This document shows positions 51,601-62,199 of a stretch of DNA of 64,000 nucleotides, piece by piece (the first letter of the stretch is position 1; each line of letters starts with the position of its first letter). The DNA comes from Antedon mediterranea (taxonomy: Eukaryota; Animalia; Echinodermata). The position numbers and the translations under genes are program-made. The DNA lies in contig NC_092675.1 of NCBI RefSeq assembly GCF_964355755.1, positions 29,856,912 through 29,920,911 on the forward strand, read 5' to 3'. Under the pieces are notes generated by a model. It saw only the letters and a program-made list of their open reading frames with translations. It did not search any database and was not told the DNA's origin.

Positions 51601-54359
51601 AATGATGCCAAATGAGGTATGAATGATGCCAAATGAGGTATGAATGATGCCAAATAAGGTATGAATGATGCCAAATAAGGTATGAATGATTCCAAATGAG
51701 GTATGAATGATTCCAAATGAGGTATGAATGATGCCAAGTGAGGTATGAATGATGCCAAGTGAGGTATGAATGATGCCAATTAAGGTAGGAATGATGCCAA
51801 ATAAGGTAGGAATGATGCCAATTAAGGTAGGAATGATTCCAAATAAGGTATGAATGATTCCAAATAAGGTATGAATGATTCCAAATAAGGTATGAATGAT
51901 TCCAAATAAGGTATGAATGATTCCAAATAAGGTATGAATGATTCCAAATAAGGTATGAATGATTCCAAATAAGGTATGAATGATTCCAAATAAGGTATGA
52001 ATGATGCCAAATAAGGTATGAATGATGCCAAATAAGGTATGAATGATGCCAAATAAGGTATGAATGATGCCAAATAAGGTATGAATGATGCCAATTAAGG
52101 TATGAATGATGCCAATTAAGGTATGAATGATGCCAATTAAGGTGCATGAATGATGCCAATTAAGGTGCATGAATGATGCCAAATAAGGTGCATGAATGAT
52201 GCCAAATAAGGTGCATGAATGATGCCAAATAAGGTGCATGAATGATGCCAAATAAGATATGAATGATGCCAAATAAGGTATGAATGATGCCAAATAAGGT
52301 ATGAATGATGCCAAATAAGGTATGAATGATGCCAAATAAGGTATGAATGATGCCAAATAAGGTATGAATGATGCCAATTGAGGTATGAATGATGCCAAAT
52401 GAGGTATGAATGATGCCAAGTGAGGTATGAATGATGCCAAATGAGGTATGAATGATGCCAAATGAGGTATGAATGATGCCAAATGAGGTATGAATGATGC
52501 CAAATGAGGTAAGAATGATGCCAAATGAGGTATGAATGATGCCAAATGAGGTATGAATGATGCCAAATGAGGTATGAATGATGCCAAATGAGGTATGAAT
52601 GATGCCAAATGAGGTATGAATGATGCCAAATGAGGTATGAATGATGCCAAATGAGGTATGAATGATGCCAAATGAGGTATGAATGATTCCAAATGAGGTA
52701 TGAATGATGCCAAATGAGGTATGAATGATGCCAAATGAGGTATGAATGATGCCAAATGAGGTATGAATGATGCCAAATGAGGTATGAATGATGCCAAATG
52801 AGGTATGAATGATGCCAAATGAGGTATGAATGATGCCAAATGAGGTAAGAATGATGCCAAATGAGGTAAGAATGATGCCAAATGAGGTATGAATGATGCC
52901 AAATGAGGTATGAATGATGCCAAATGAGGTATGAATGATGCCAAATGAGGTATGAATGATGCCAAATGAGGTATGAATGATGCCAAATGAGGTATGAATG
53001 ATGCCAAATGAGGTATGAATGATGCCAAATGAGGTATGAATGATGCCAAATGAGGTATGAATGATGCCAAATGAGGTAAGAATGATGCCAAATGAGGTAA
53101 GAATGATGCCAAATGAGGTAAGAATGATGCCAAATGAGGTATGAATGATGCCAAATGAGGTATGAATGATGCCAAATGAGGTATGAATGATGCCAAATGA
53201 GGTATGAATGATGCCAAATGAGGTATGAATGATGCCAAATGAGGTATGAATGATGCCAAATGAGGTATGAATGATGCCAAATGAGGTATGAATGATGCCA
53301 AATGAGGTATGAATGATGCCAAATGAGGTATGAATGATGCCAAATGAGGTATGAATGATGCCAAATGAGGTATGAATGATGCCAAATGAGGTATGAATGA
53401 TGCCAAGTAATGTATGAATGATGCCAAGTAATGTATGAATGATTCCAAATAATGTATGAATGATTCCAAATAATGTATGAATGATTCCAAATAAGGTATG
53501 AATGATGCCAAATAAGGTATGAATGATGCCAAATAAGGTATGAATGATGCCAAATAAGGTATGAATGATGCCAAATAAGGTATGAATGATGCCAAATAAG
53601 GTAGGAATGATGCCAAATAAGGTAGGAATGATGCCAATTAAGGTATGAGTAGTTTACATGCTCCTACGAAAACCTCCTAATATAATTATCCCTAAAAAGT
53701 GTGCAAATTGGGTGAGAATAAATTATAAATACAAGAAGCTTTAAATCTAAAAACTCAAGGTAATTTACTCAACTGTTTTAAAATGATGATATTGTTTGCT
53801 ATCTTTCAGAAATCCGCAGCATTTTGGTACAATTTGTATAAGTCTGGAGAAGGTGATTTGTTAACAAGACATGCTGGATGTCCTGTACTGGCTGGCACTA
53901 AATGGGGTATGGTGTTATTGATTATATTATTACTTTTAATAATGGAGAATAATAATAATTACAGTATTAATATGACATTTTTAGTGTCATGTTATTGAAA
54001 ACAAACCCTCATACTGTAATATGTTTACAAGCAGCATGTCTGGGAGACTGCCCTGAATAGCTTGTTTACTGCGTACTTCTTCCTAAAAAAGACATCTAGA
54101 CATATTCTAATACTAATCGAGTTGTTAATTTTCTCTCGCAGAGAGTTCAAACTTAATTAAAACACTTCTCAACTTTGATCACTATGTATTTATTACAAGT
54201 CATACAGATGTATAACATTAGATAAAAATTAGTACTATATAATTTTTTTGCGATGCTTAATAAAATAAGTTTTGTTTTTGTTTTACAGTGAGCAACAAAT
54301 GGATTCATGAATATGGACAAGAATTTTTACGACCGTGCAGTCTTTATCCCGATGAATAG
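36675..54359 (+). CDS. P4HA: Collagen prolyl 4-hydroxylase subunit alpha (P4HA1/P4HA2-like)
   Basis: Exons 36675-36838, 39642-39796, 40351-40515, 41105-41265, 41414-41465, 41801-42036, 42671-42844, 42997-43167, 43762-43815, [45328-45378 or 45666-45731], 47727-47795, 53810-53906, 54289-54359. Signal peptide; HPVNSFLLIKR, GAAVALLRLQDTY, YEALCRG, YRISKSAWL, NYGIGGQYEPHFD (HxD), GNRIAT, GGATVF, TRHAGCPV (distal His), KWVSNKWIHE. Confidence 0.96.
38059..38914. mobile_element. Non-autonomous PIF/Harbinger-type DNA transposon with Myb/SANT-like ORF remnant
   Basis: TIRs GGGCCTGTTTCTAT / ATAGAAACAGGCCC, TAA on both flanks, subterminal AACCG repeats, and an internal KDHNNVSGNNSPFYDEMDAI fragment. Confidence 0.8.
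40619..40773. mobile_element. MITE family A copy with TTA flanks
   Basis: TTA|AGCTCTGTCTACACTATCA ... TGATAGTGTAGACAGAGCT|TTA. Confidence 0.85.
45328..45378 (+). CDS. P4HA: P4HA alternative exon A (51 nt; RPNVYSDGNRLATMLFY)
   Basis: TTGCAG| ... |GTAAGT, phase 0/0, paralogous to exon B. Confidence 0.85.
45666..45731 (+). CDS. P4HA: P4HA alternative exon B (66 nt; KEEVNAFKELGTGNRIATLLFY)
   Basis: TTCGTAG| ... |GTGAGT, phase 0/0, matches the canonical P4HA segment. Confidence 0.9.
46083..46284. mobile_element. MITE family B copy
   Basis: AGCATGGTTCCCACTAG ... CTAGTGGCAACCAAGCT; internal sequence similar to 56301-56487. Confidence 0.75.
47275..47418. mobile_element. MITE family A copy
   Basis: AGCTCTGTCTCTACTATCAAACTAG ... 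AGTTTGATAGTGTAGACAGAGCT. Confidence 0.85.
47779..53646 (+). repeat. 21-bp tandem array (~279 units) derived from a P4HA exon/intron junction
   Basis: Unit GAATGATGCCAA(T/A/G)T(A/G)AG|GTAT equals the last 17 exonic plus first 4 intronic nt. The span is 5868 bp, with five 23-bp units and one 20-bp unit. Confidence 0.98.
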
Positions 54360-54570
54360 GTCAAGCCAGTGGCAGTCATGTATTTATGTTAAAATTCTAA
54401 ATTTATACAACGGTACTTTTGGACAAATTTATGCTAATTGTACAAAAGCTTAAAATATCTATTTCCTCTGCATTTCACAACCATATTTAATGTGTAGATA
54501 AATTTGGAATAGTTTAGATACAGTAGGTGAGAATCAGGTATATGTCCTTAGTGTGTAGCTAGCATCAGCC

Positions 54571-54791
54571 AGGCAATTTAACAACAGGGTGCTGAGCTCT
54601 GGAGATCAAAGGGTTTATCTGTGGTTGCAACATGATCAGGCCCACGTCCCTTAACAGTCACTGCGCGCCACGGAAAACATGTACGTAATACAGTACTGTT
54701 GGTATTTGTCGCAGCCAGACATAAGATCAAAGGACTGTTACAAGTTCCTATCTTGGCAAGGCGAGCTCAGTGTCCTGTTGTTAGATTGCCT
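54571..54791 (+). other. 29-bp inverted-repeat stem in the inferred P4HA 3'UTR (RNA structure or MITE)
   Basis: AGGCAATTTAACAACAGGGTGCTGAGCTC (54571-54599) pairs with GAGCTCAGTGTCCTGTTGTTAGATTGCCT (54763-54791). Confidence 0.7.
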
Positions 54792-55595
54792 TGGTATCAG
54801 TCACTTCAGTCAAACTATTGTCACAGTCATTGATTAGCAGGTTGTGATTGTTTTGATTTTGTGACATGCAATAATGGCTTTATGGTATATATAAATACAA
54901 TTGTTCATCTTTTGTGAACAATCTTATGGGTTTAAAGCAAAATATAATGAGTTGTGCCATAATTGCCAATCAACAGTAATAAGTAGATTAGTTAAGAATT
55001 TTAAATATTATCCCCTTGCCCAGAAGCATATGTTGTCATAAATTGCCCTATCTATTTTTGTAGGTACTGTAGTTAAGGTTTTTATCGGTGCTATTCAGTT
55101 TTATCAATAAATAATGAACACAATATTCTGTTTCTAGTGTTTTATTTCTACTTTGCAAAGTACTCCAATACAAATGTATTGTCATTATATACAAACTGTA
55201 AACAAACAAAATTGTACAATATTTCTACAAATCTAGTAACAATTGTAGAAAATATATAATATTCACTGAATGTGTACAGTAGTCAGATAGCAAAGAAATA
55301 ATAGTATCACTGTAGTAAAAGTTTGCAGTATGTATGTAGATATATATATGTTATTAATGAAAGAAAAGATATTCTCAAATTTGCCTTCTTACCACCACAA
55401 ACCTTTTTTTTCCTAACATTTAGTTAATTTGCAGAATTAGAAATTAATAATTTAAGATTACATTTACACTTGTAGTACTACAGGTATTAAATATTTAAAC
55501 AGTCATATCTCCCAGTGATGGAAAGGCAGAGGGCGCCATACTCCATAGCTGTTTAATTGGCATGTTCTATAAAAAAACATAATGTATGTATTATG

Positions 55596-55820
55596 TAGCG
55601 GTAGACGGTACCGGTCCATCATCACCTACAAATTGGTTTCGTAACCGCTTTTATCCTGCTGCCATTCGGGCACTGAATGCTGGTCAGTATACCGTACGAG
55701 AGTGATGTGACACTTTGTAATTGTTTTTGTTAGTTTTTCATTTATCTGTTTTTGTATATCTCAGAGCAAACATAATTTCTATGTTTATATGCAAATGACA
55801 ATAAATGGAAGTAATTTTCC
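55596..55820 (+). mobile_element. Rex1/L2-like LINE extreme 3' fragment
   Basis: Frameshifted SGRRYRSIIT...WFRNRFYPAAIRALN coding followed by an AT-rich tail. Confidence 0.6.
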
Positions 55821-56300
55821 ACTGATAAATGAATAAATGTGCCCAACATAGTCTTCTCAGATAAGGTCTATAAACCACACTAATTTGGGCTGATGTCCAG
55901 CTTTGGTCAAACAGACTTTGCCCTACTACCGATTCCGAGACGATTCGGCCCTGAGACGATTCGGCCCAAAACAAATGCTACAGATACAAGCATGGCAAAC
56001 ATATTTATTTTATACTCATAGAATTATATTACAACACAATCACAGCTAGTATCATAAAGAAGGACCATCAATTACAACTGCATCACATTGGTGTATTCTA
56101 TAAACAATCCTCATATATAGACATTTGGCAAAGACTAGAACAATACGATGATAATCTGCAAACAAATACTGTACCAAAAAAACAAAAAATAATAGCTGGA
56201 CTGACTGACACTTGCAATGCATTGTCAACAAACAAGTTACTGTTGCAAAACAATTTAATTTGAGCATTATAAATTGTCTATTACTAAAACTGACAAATAA

Positions 56301-56487
56301 AGCGTGGTTCCCACTAGCGATGCAATGCAGCAACGTATTGAGGCAAAGTGTATTGCGTAATCACAAGTGGGAACCGACGACGCAACAGTGCTGCAAACAT
56401 CGCAGGTTTGATTTCACGCAGGCGGGGGCAAACACATTTTTTTGTAAGGGCATTTTCTTACGTTGCGTCGCTAGTCGGAACCAAGCT
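56301..56487. mobile_element. MITE family B copy
   Basis: TAA|AGCGTGGTTCCCACTAGCGA ... TCGCTAGTCGGAACCAAGCT|TTA. Confidence 0.8.
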
Positions 56488-56839
56488 TTAGAAAGTGAAT
56501 AACTGAAACCTAACTGTCAACATTTTCAGTTAACTTAATTATCATTTTCATCACTTTAACAGGATCTTTACTTAATTTTCTATGGTCAGGTAAAGATAAG
56601 TAATTGAGGTGCATGTTGCTACATTATACCAGATACCGTCAACGATCCCAATACCGGACACCACATTCAGAATGTGTTTTTAATGGTAAAAATGAATTTG
56701 GGACCTTTTGGACTTCGAGAAAAGTCTGGTTTTAGGAGAGTTTCCGGTTTTAAGAGAGTCCGGTACTGTGAGAGTTTACTGTACTACATCACTACTACTT
56801 ATACTATTCATTTACATTTTTACATTTTGTTAGAATTGT

Positions 56840-59800
56840 TCATGAGTCGATTTTAATAAATACTTTGTTCCGTGAGAATATTTTAATTGCCTCTTCCACT
56901 TCTGCAATTTTGGTTTCAATTTCAGTTTTCATCGTCCTTGCTCGCAGCGTTTCTGCGTTCAACGGTACTTTGTGCAGCTGAAGTTGCAGCTCTTTTTCCT
57001 CTGTAAAGAAATGATTTACAACACTTGTTTTTAGCTTATTTGATTAGATAAAGGTCTTGTCTGTGAGAGTTAATAGGTAAGATATTCATGCTTAAACGTG
57101 TATTGTCCCCAAAAAACATGAAAATTTAATACTGTAAACTTTGAATATATATGTCATAAATATCAATAAGATCTTGAATAAGTTAAAACCTACTATCTTT
57201 GAGGATGTTAAGTGTCTTGATTCTCTCGTCCCTTGGCATCATCCTATGTCCTGGAGGCATCTCAGGATCTGGAATGCTACGCAGTCTTTCCATCTCATCT
57301 TCTTCCCACTGCCTTTGTCTTTCCCTCAAGCTTTAGCAATAAATAATATATGGAAATTCAATTGCAAAGATAGGAACAGTAAGTATTGTCATATTATGAG
57401 TTATTAGTAAACAATTTTTAAGGACATTAAGTACTATTATAGTAATCTTGTTGGGACAGTGATAACGGTAGTTTTCAATGGTCACAATAATTTCAGTCAC
57501 TAGATATTTTAATTGAATACACTTTGTAACTATTATAATTTTTAAAACTTACTATTTTGGCACTTCTCCTTTACTGTATTTTTCCATGTCGTTGACCCTC
57601 TTTTCATTCAGTGCTGTCTGAGCGAGGGCAGAAGGCGGTCTCTGAGGTTGATGCTTACGGGCTAGTCTTGCATTGTGGGCTATGAAGTCAATATCTGATG
57701 ACGACTATTGAGATTAAAAAAATGATCTTGAGGTAATAAAAAGGATTATAAATATTGTTATTAGATAGTAAACATATTTTACTTGGAAAAATTCCTCACT
57801 ATTAGAATAATTAAATTGAATATACCAACAGAAATTCACATAGCATATATTTATTAGTGGTCCACCTAAGAATATGTAGATATACAAATACAAGGTGTAG
57901 GGCCATGAACCTAATAGTTAATAGTAATATAAATAAAAAAGAGCTGAGGTTCACATACACTTGATGTTCTAGGTCTTGGTCCTGGGCTAGGTGAGCGCCC
58001 TCTTTGTCTTGCTTCTCCTGTTCTTCGTTGTTGCGGACCTTGGCTAGTAGATCGACCTCTTGTATCTACCCCTTGTGATCTACGTCTCTGTGGATCTTGA
58101 CTTGTTGATCGCCCCCTACCATCTGCAGTCTGTGGTCTTTGGTTCTGCGAAACCTTAATGGATGTTCGACCCCTGGCATCTGCGGTTTGTGGTCTTTGGT
58201 TCTGCAAAACATGAATGGATGATCGACCCCTACCATCTGCAGTTTGTGGCCTTTGATTTTGTGTAACATTCATAGATGATCGACCCCTGGCATTGGCTGC
58301 CTGTGGTCTTGGATTTTGTGCAACTTTCATAGACGAACGATCTCTGGTATCTCCTGCTTGTGGCCTTTGATTGTGCGTAACTTTCATATATGATCGACCT
58401 TTGACCTCTGTTTCTTGTTGCCTATTTTGATGATAATCGTTACTATGTGTATAGCCTCTATGGTCTTCATGTTCCTGTTTATACCGCGGTGCAGCATTTT
58501 GTGAACCATCTTGTTTATATCCTTTCACCTCTAAACGAACATTCTTACCCTGTACTGACACTTGTATTTCTGAACGCTGTGGCTCTGGATGTTGCATTCT
58601 AGGTGGCGCCGATCCTGCGCGGCTATACGAGCGTAAATAGTTTGCAGATGATGGTCTTGGTACTGGTGGTTCTTGCTAAAATAAAAATTAGAAAATGAAA
58701 GAAATTAACAACCTCAGAAATGTTACTTAGTTGCAAGCTGGAATTAATTTAGTAAAAAAAATCCCTCAATGGTGAATAAAGTTGGCCTAACCTTTGTTGT
58801 ATTCAATAAAGATGATGATGAATAAACTATAAAGTATAAATATAATAATAATAGATAGATTTATATAGCGCAAATAAACAATGTCTCTATGCGCTCGACA
58901 ACAAAGAGAAAGAGTGGAAAACAAAAGGAAGAGCACAAAAAGACAAAAACACCCAGCTAGCACCCAAACCGGAGTATGGGGATCAGTGTGTAAGTACCCC
59001 AGTTAGCATCGTTTAAGTCTAGATCTTTTCAGGGATCCGGTGCCTCTTAGTCTAGTCAGAAAACAGGCAAGAAAGGTGAACAAAAGCAAAAATTATAAAT
59101 TTAATAATGAATTTATCAAAGTGGTTGATAGTACATTATAAGGCAATGTTATGCTGTTTCAAAGTGTCTTTTAAAAGAATATTGTAGGCAGTGTTGGGTA
59201 GCACTGTTTATTACAGAATGTTAAATTAAATTTGACTATCATACCTGTATATGTACAGCAACCTTTGATTGGATTTCTTTGTACTTCTCAGACTGTGGTA
59301 AAACCTTAACTGGTTGGTTTTTATTGATTATCTCCGCTGCCTTCTTTTTTCGGCTCATAGCCTGGATTTTTCTCATTCTTCTCACATTCTCCTGTGAAAA
59401 ATTCTTTGGTTCTGGATCTAAATTAAATGATAAATAGTAAGATCAATGTATTGCAATTCTTTTATTCTGTCAAACAATCTGGCTCGAAAAATGTATACTT
59501 ATTATGTATATAAAACATGAAAAATATGATAAATGAATAAAATAAAAACAATATTAATTAATCCAAAGTAATTTGATGCAAGATGATAAATACAATCAAC
59601 TCTGTCAATACCAGAATCTGAAAAACCAGACAACTCTCCCAAAACCAGACTTTTCTTGATGTACAAAAGGTACAGAATTCTTACCATTATAAATACATTT
59701 GGAATACCAGACTTTCTAGAAAACCTGACATACAGTATTAGGCCAGCTCAAGGGTGTCCAGTATTAGGAGAGTAGACTGTACTACAATCACTAATCTGAA

Positions 59801-60147
59801 GTATGGTTGAGATAAAAATTGTGCTTCTTTTTTACAGTATACATTGGTTCTAGCAAAAAAACCTCATAACAATTAACATAACATAAATGGGTGTAGACAT
59901 TACTGTAAACAGCAGATTGTCTTTTACCCAGCTAGCACTACTTACTTCTGACAACTGGTGCTCTGTACACAGGTTGTCCTTGAAGTTGTAGCAGCAATCC
60001 AACAGAGCCTTGAGCCCTTGTTGCAATGTCCTCAGCTTCAGGCCGTACACGTGGTACAGGTCGTGTGTCTATCATACTGCTGCTATTTTGACCACGGCTA
60101 TTCTTCCCATGATAACCAGGGTCAACTGGTATGGGACTGGAAATCAT
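56840..60147 (-). CDS. ENKD1: Enkurin domain-containing protein 1-like (ciliary/centrosomal)
   Basis: Coding exons 60147-59946, 59417-59245, 58675-57959, 57704-57553, 57330-57194, 57000-56840 join in phase. ISSPIPVDP, LLLQLQG, ENVRRMRKIQ, KYKEIQSKV, DFIAHNAR, KGEVPKYLRER, PDPEMPPGHRMMP and EVEEAIKIFSRNKVFIK match the recalled ENKD1 pattern. Upstream exon donor at 60511/60510. Confidence 0.9.
58845..59090 (-). mobile_element. Probable LINE (L2-like) 3' tail
   Basis: Minus strand ends GAGCGCATAGAGACATTGTTTATTTGCGCTATATAAAT...TATTATTAT, a stem-loop plus short-repeat tail. Confidence 0.45.
59591..59782. mobile_element. Degenerate Tc1/pogo-like MITE (related remnant at ~56625-56784)
   Basis: TACAATCAACTCTGTCAATACCAG ... 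CCAGTATTAGGAGAGTAGACTGTA termini and internal ACCAGAC repeats. Confidence 0.5.
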
Positions 60148-60887
60148 GTTCTTTTAAACCTGCTTAATAAATTTAAACAATATAAATAAATGTTAAAATT
60201 ATAAAATAGATTACTGAACTCGAAAATCATTAGAATTTCTTATTTCAAATTCAAGCAAGGCCAATTTCAAGGAGGAGCGGCATTTCAGTTCAGTAAGTCC
60301 AATGGATTACAAAAACACAGATAGACCTAGTCTAGGACAGACAGAGCTCCTACTACTAGACTAGCCTAGAGGCTAGCCTAGCTACCTAGCTTTTAGGCCT
60401 AGGCTAGCTAGTAGGCTAGGGGCCTAGCTAGGCCTAGCCCTACAACTACTTGCAATTAATCAAGACAAGTGCTACTTTCATAAATATATCATACATATCA
60501 CATAACTCACCGAGGACTTATTAAGATAAAATCAGTGAATAGAGTACAAATCAGAGATGTCATAATACCAAATTAACATTTCTAAATTATACAACTCGTG
60601 AACGTTTTTCGGAATTTCAAAAGCAAAAAATGATGTTGTGTTTAAGGCAGGTATAGTATGTAGTTGTTTTTTGATAACAGAGAGCTATCACTTATGCCAT
60701 CCTCGTATATAATTAATTTCGTACGGAAAATACATTTAATTGATAATATCAATAGGTAGAGTATCCTTCTTACAATTAATTATCAGTAATATATATAAAT
60801 TTTTAAATGTTAGGGATATATTTTAAAATAACTATAAATAGATATATAATTAAACAAACTCAAGATGTTCTTTTCTGCCTGAAACCT

Positions 60888-60953
60888 AGGCCCTATAGGC
60901 CAAAGATCGTATAGCGCCACGTAGTGGCGCTATAGTATCTTTGCTATAGGCCT
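60888..60953. promoter_or_regulatory. Imperfect palindrome with CTCF-like core upstream of ENKD1
   Basis: TATAGCGCCAC-GTA-GTGGCGCTATA core with outer CAAAGAT/ATCTTTG and CTATAG arms. Confidence 0.4.
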
Positions 60954-60999
60954 CCTCCTCCTCTGTGCTCTCACTTCGTTCGTTTTGCTACCTGATCCG

Positions 61000-61800
61000 T
61001 GCAGGCCTAGGCTAGACTGGATATTATGATTGCAAGCCAAAAAGGTAGATTAGAAGCATATTTTATTGATTACCCATCATCAGTGTCACCCTTAACAGAT
61101 AGTTAAGCTATATTTGTAGGTCATAGCTTATTTCAGACAATATTTTAGCCTCCAAAAAGGGCAGATTAGGCCTAGGCCTAGGCTAGGCCTAGGCTAGCCT
61201 TTTATTTTAGGCTAGGGCCAGGCCTAGCCTATTATAGCCTATAGGCCTCGCTAGAAAGAGGCTAGGGCCTAGGCCTAGTTAGGCTAGCATCTCGCTACTC
61301 TAGCTAGTAGTTTAGGCCTAGGTAGGCCTACTAGTACTACTAGCTAGGCTAGGCCTATATAGCCTAGCTAGCTAGGCCTACTAGGGCTAGCCTAGTCTTG
61401 CTAGGCCTAGAAAGAAGTAGTAGGCTACTACTACTAGCTAGGCTAGGCTACTAGGCCCACCTGGTTAGGCCCTACTAGGGAACTGGTAGGCTAGCTAGCT
61501 AGGCCTACTTACTAGCTAATAAATAAGTCTAGGCCTAGGCTACCTAACTAGCTAGCTAGCTCTATGTATTCTAGTTAGGGCCTAGACTAGTTTATTAGGC
61601 CTTAGTTTAGGCTGATTAGGCCTGCCTAGTCCTAGTTAAATAAATAGGCATATAACCAGGCTCAGTCTAAACACTCTAGGCCTATCTATATGAGACCTGT
61701 GCTATTAATTATAGGACTAGACCTAGGGCCTTGCTAGCTAGCCAGCAGAATGGTCTAGAGAGGCATAGGCCTAGCTAGGGATAGGCTGGGGGGTCATAGA
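61000..61800. repeat. CTAG/AGGCCT-rich low-complexity tract
   Basis: Dense aperiodic mix of TAGGCCTA, GCTAGC and CTACTAG. Similar tracts at 60325-60445 and 25455-25645. Confidence 0.85.
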
Positions 61801-62199
61801 CAGCCTATCTATATAAAATATTAGATAGGTAGGAGTATTAAGATTCATCAGTGTGTAAGTTGATTTCATTGCTAATGCCAAGGTACAGTATTATTTAGGC
61901 CTGTTTATTTTCAGGTTGAAAGCAATGGATAAAGAGAGATTCAATTCTACAACAAAAGAGACAAAAGTCAAACTCAAACTGATAATTAACAATGTTTCCA
62001 GTTAATTAATGTTAATTATTTTAATAGATTGTAGTGACCCTAACTACCTTACTGTTTGTGTATGGCTGTAATATTATATTAAATGTCATCACAATTAGTA
62101 AGGTTGTGAGGCTTCACAATTTCAAACAACTCTTCTTGTGTCTCTTCTTCATGTGGATGTATTAAAAAATACTGTGAGTATTGTACACTCTTTATATGA

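Noticed and set aside
47664-53637. Giant minus-strand ORFs (1948, 1478, 1196 aa; WHHSYLI / LASFIPH / FGIIHTL repeats)
   Set aside because: They are the stop-free reverse complement of a 21-bp minisatellite, open in all three frames with non-ATG starts. The unit is explained as the P4HA splice junction.
47779-53646. CRISPR array or recursive-splicing ladder
   Set aside because: There are no unique spacers or cas genes and the context is eukaryotic. The AG|GT units lack a polypyrimidine tract, so they are unlikely acceptors.
61914-62010. Possible first coding exon MDKERFNSTTKETK of a + strand gene
   Set aside because: There is an acceptor and an ATG, but no convincing donor or recognisable homology, so it is not called as a CDS.
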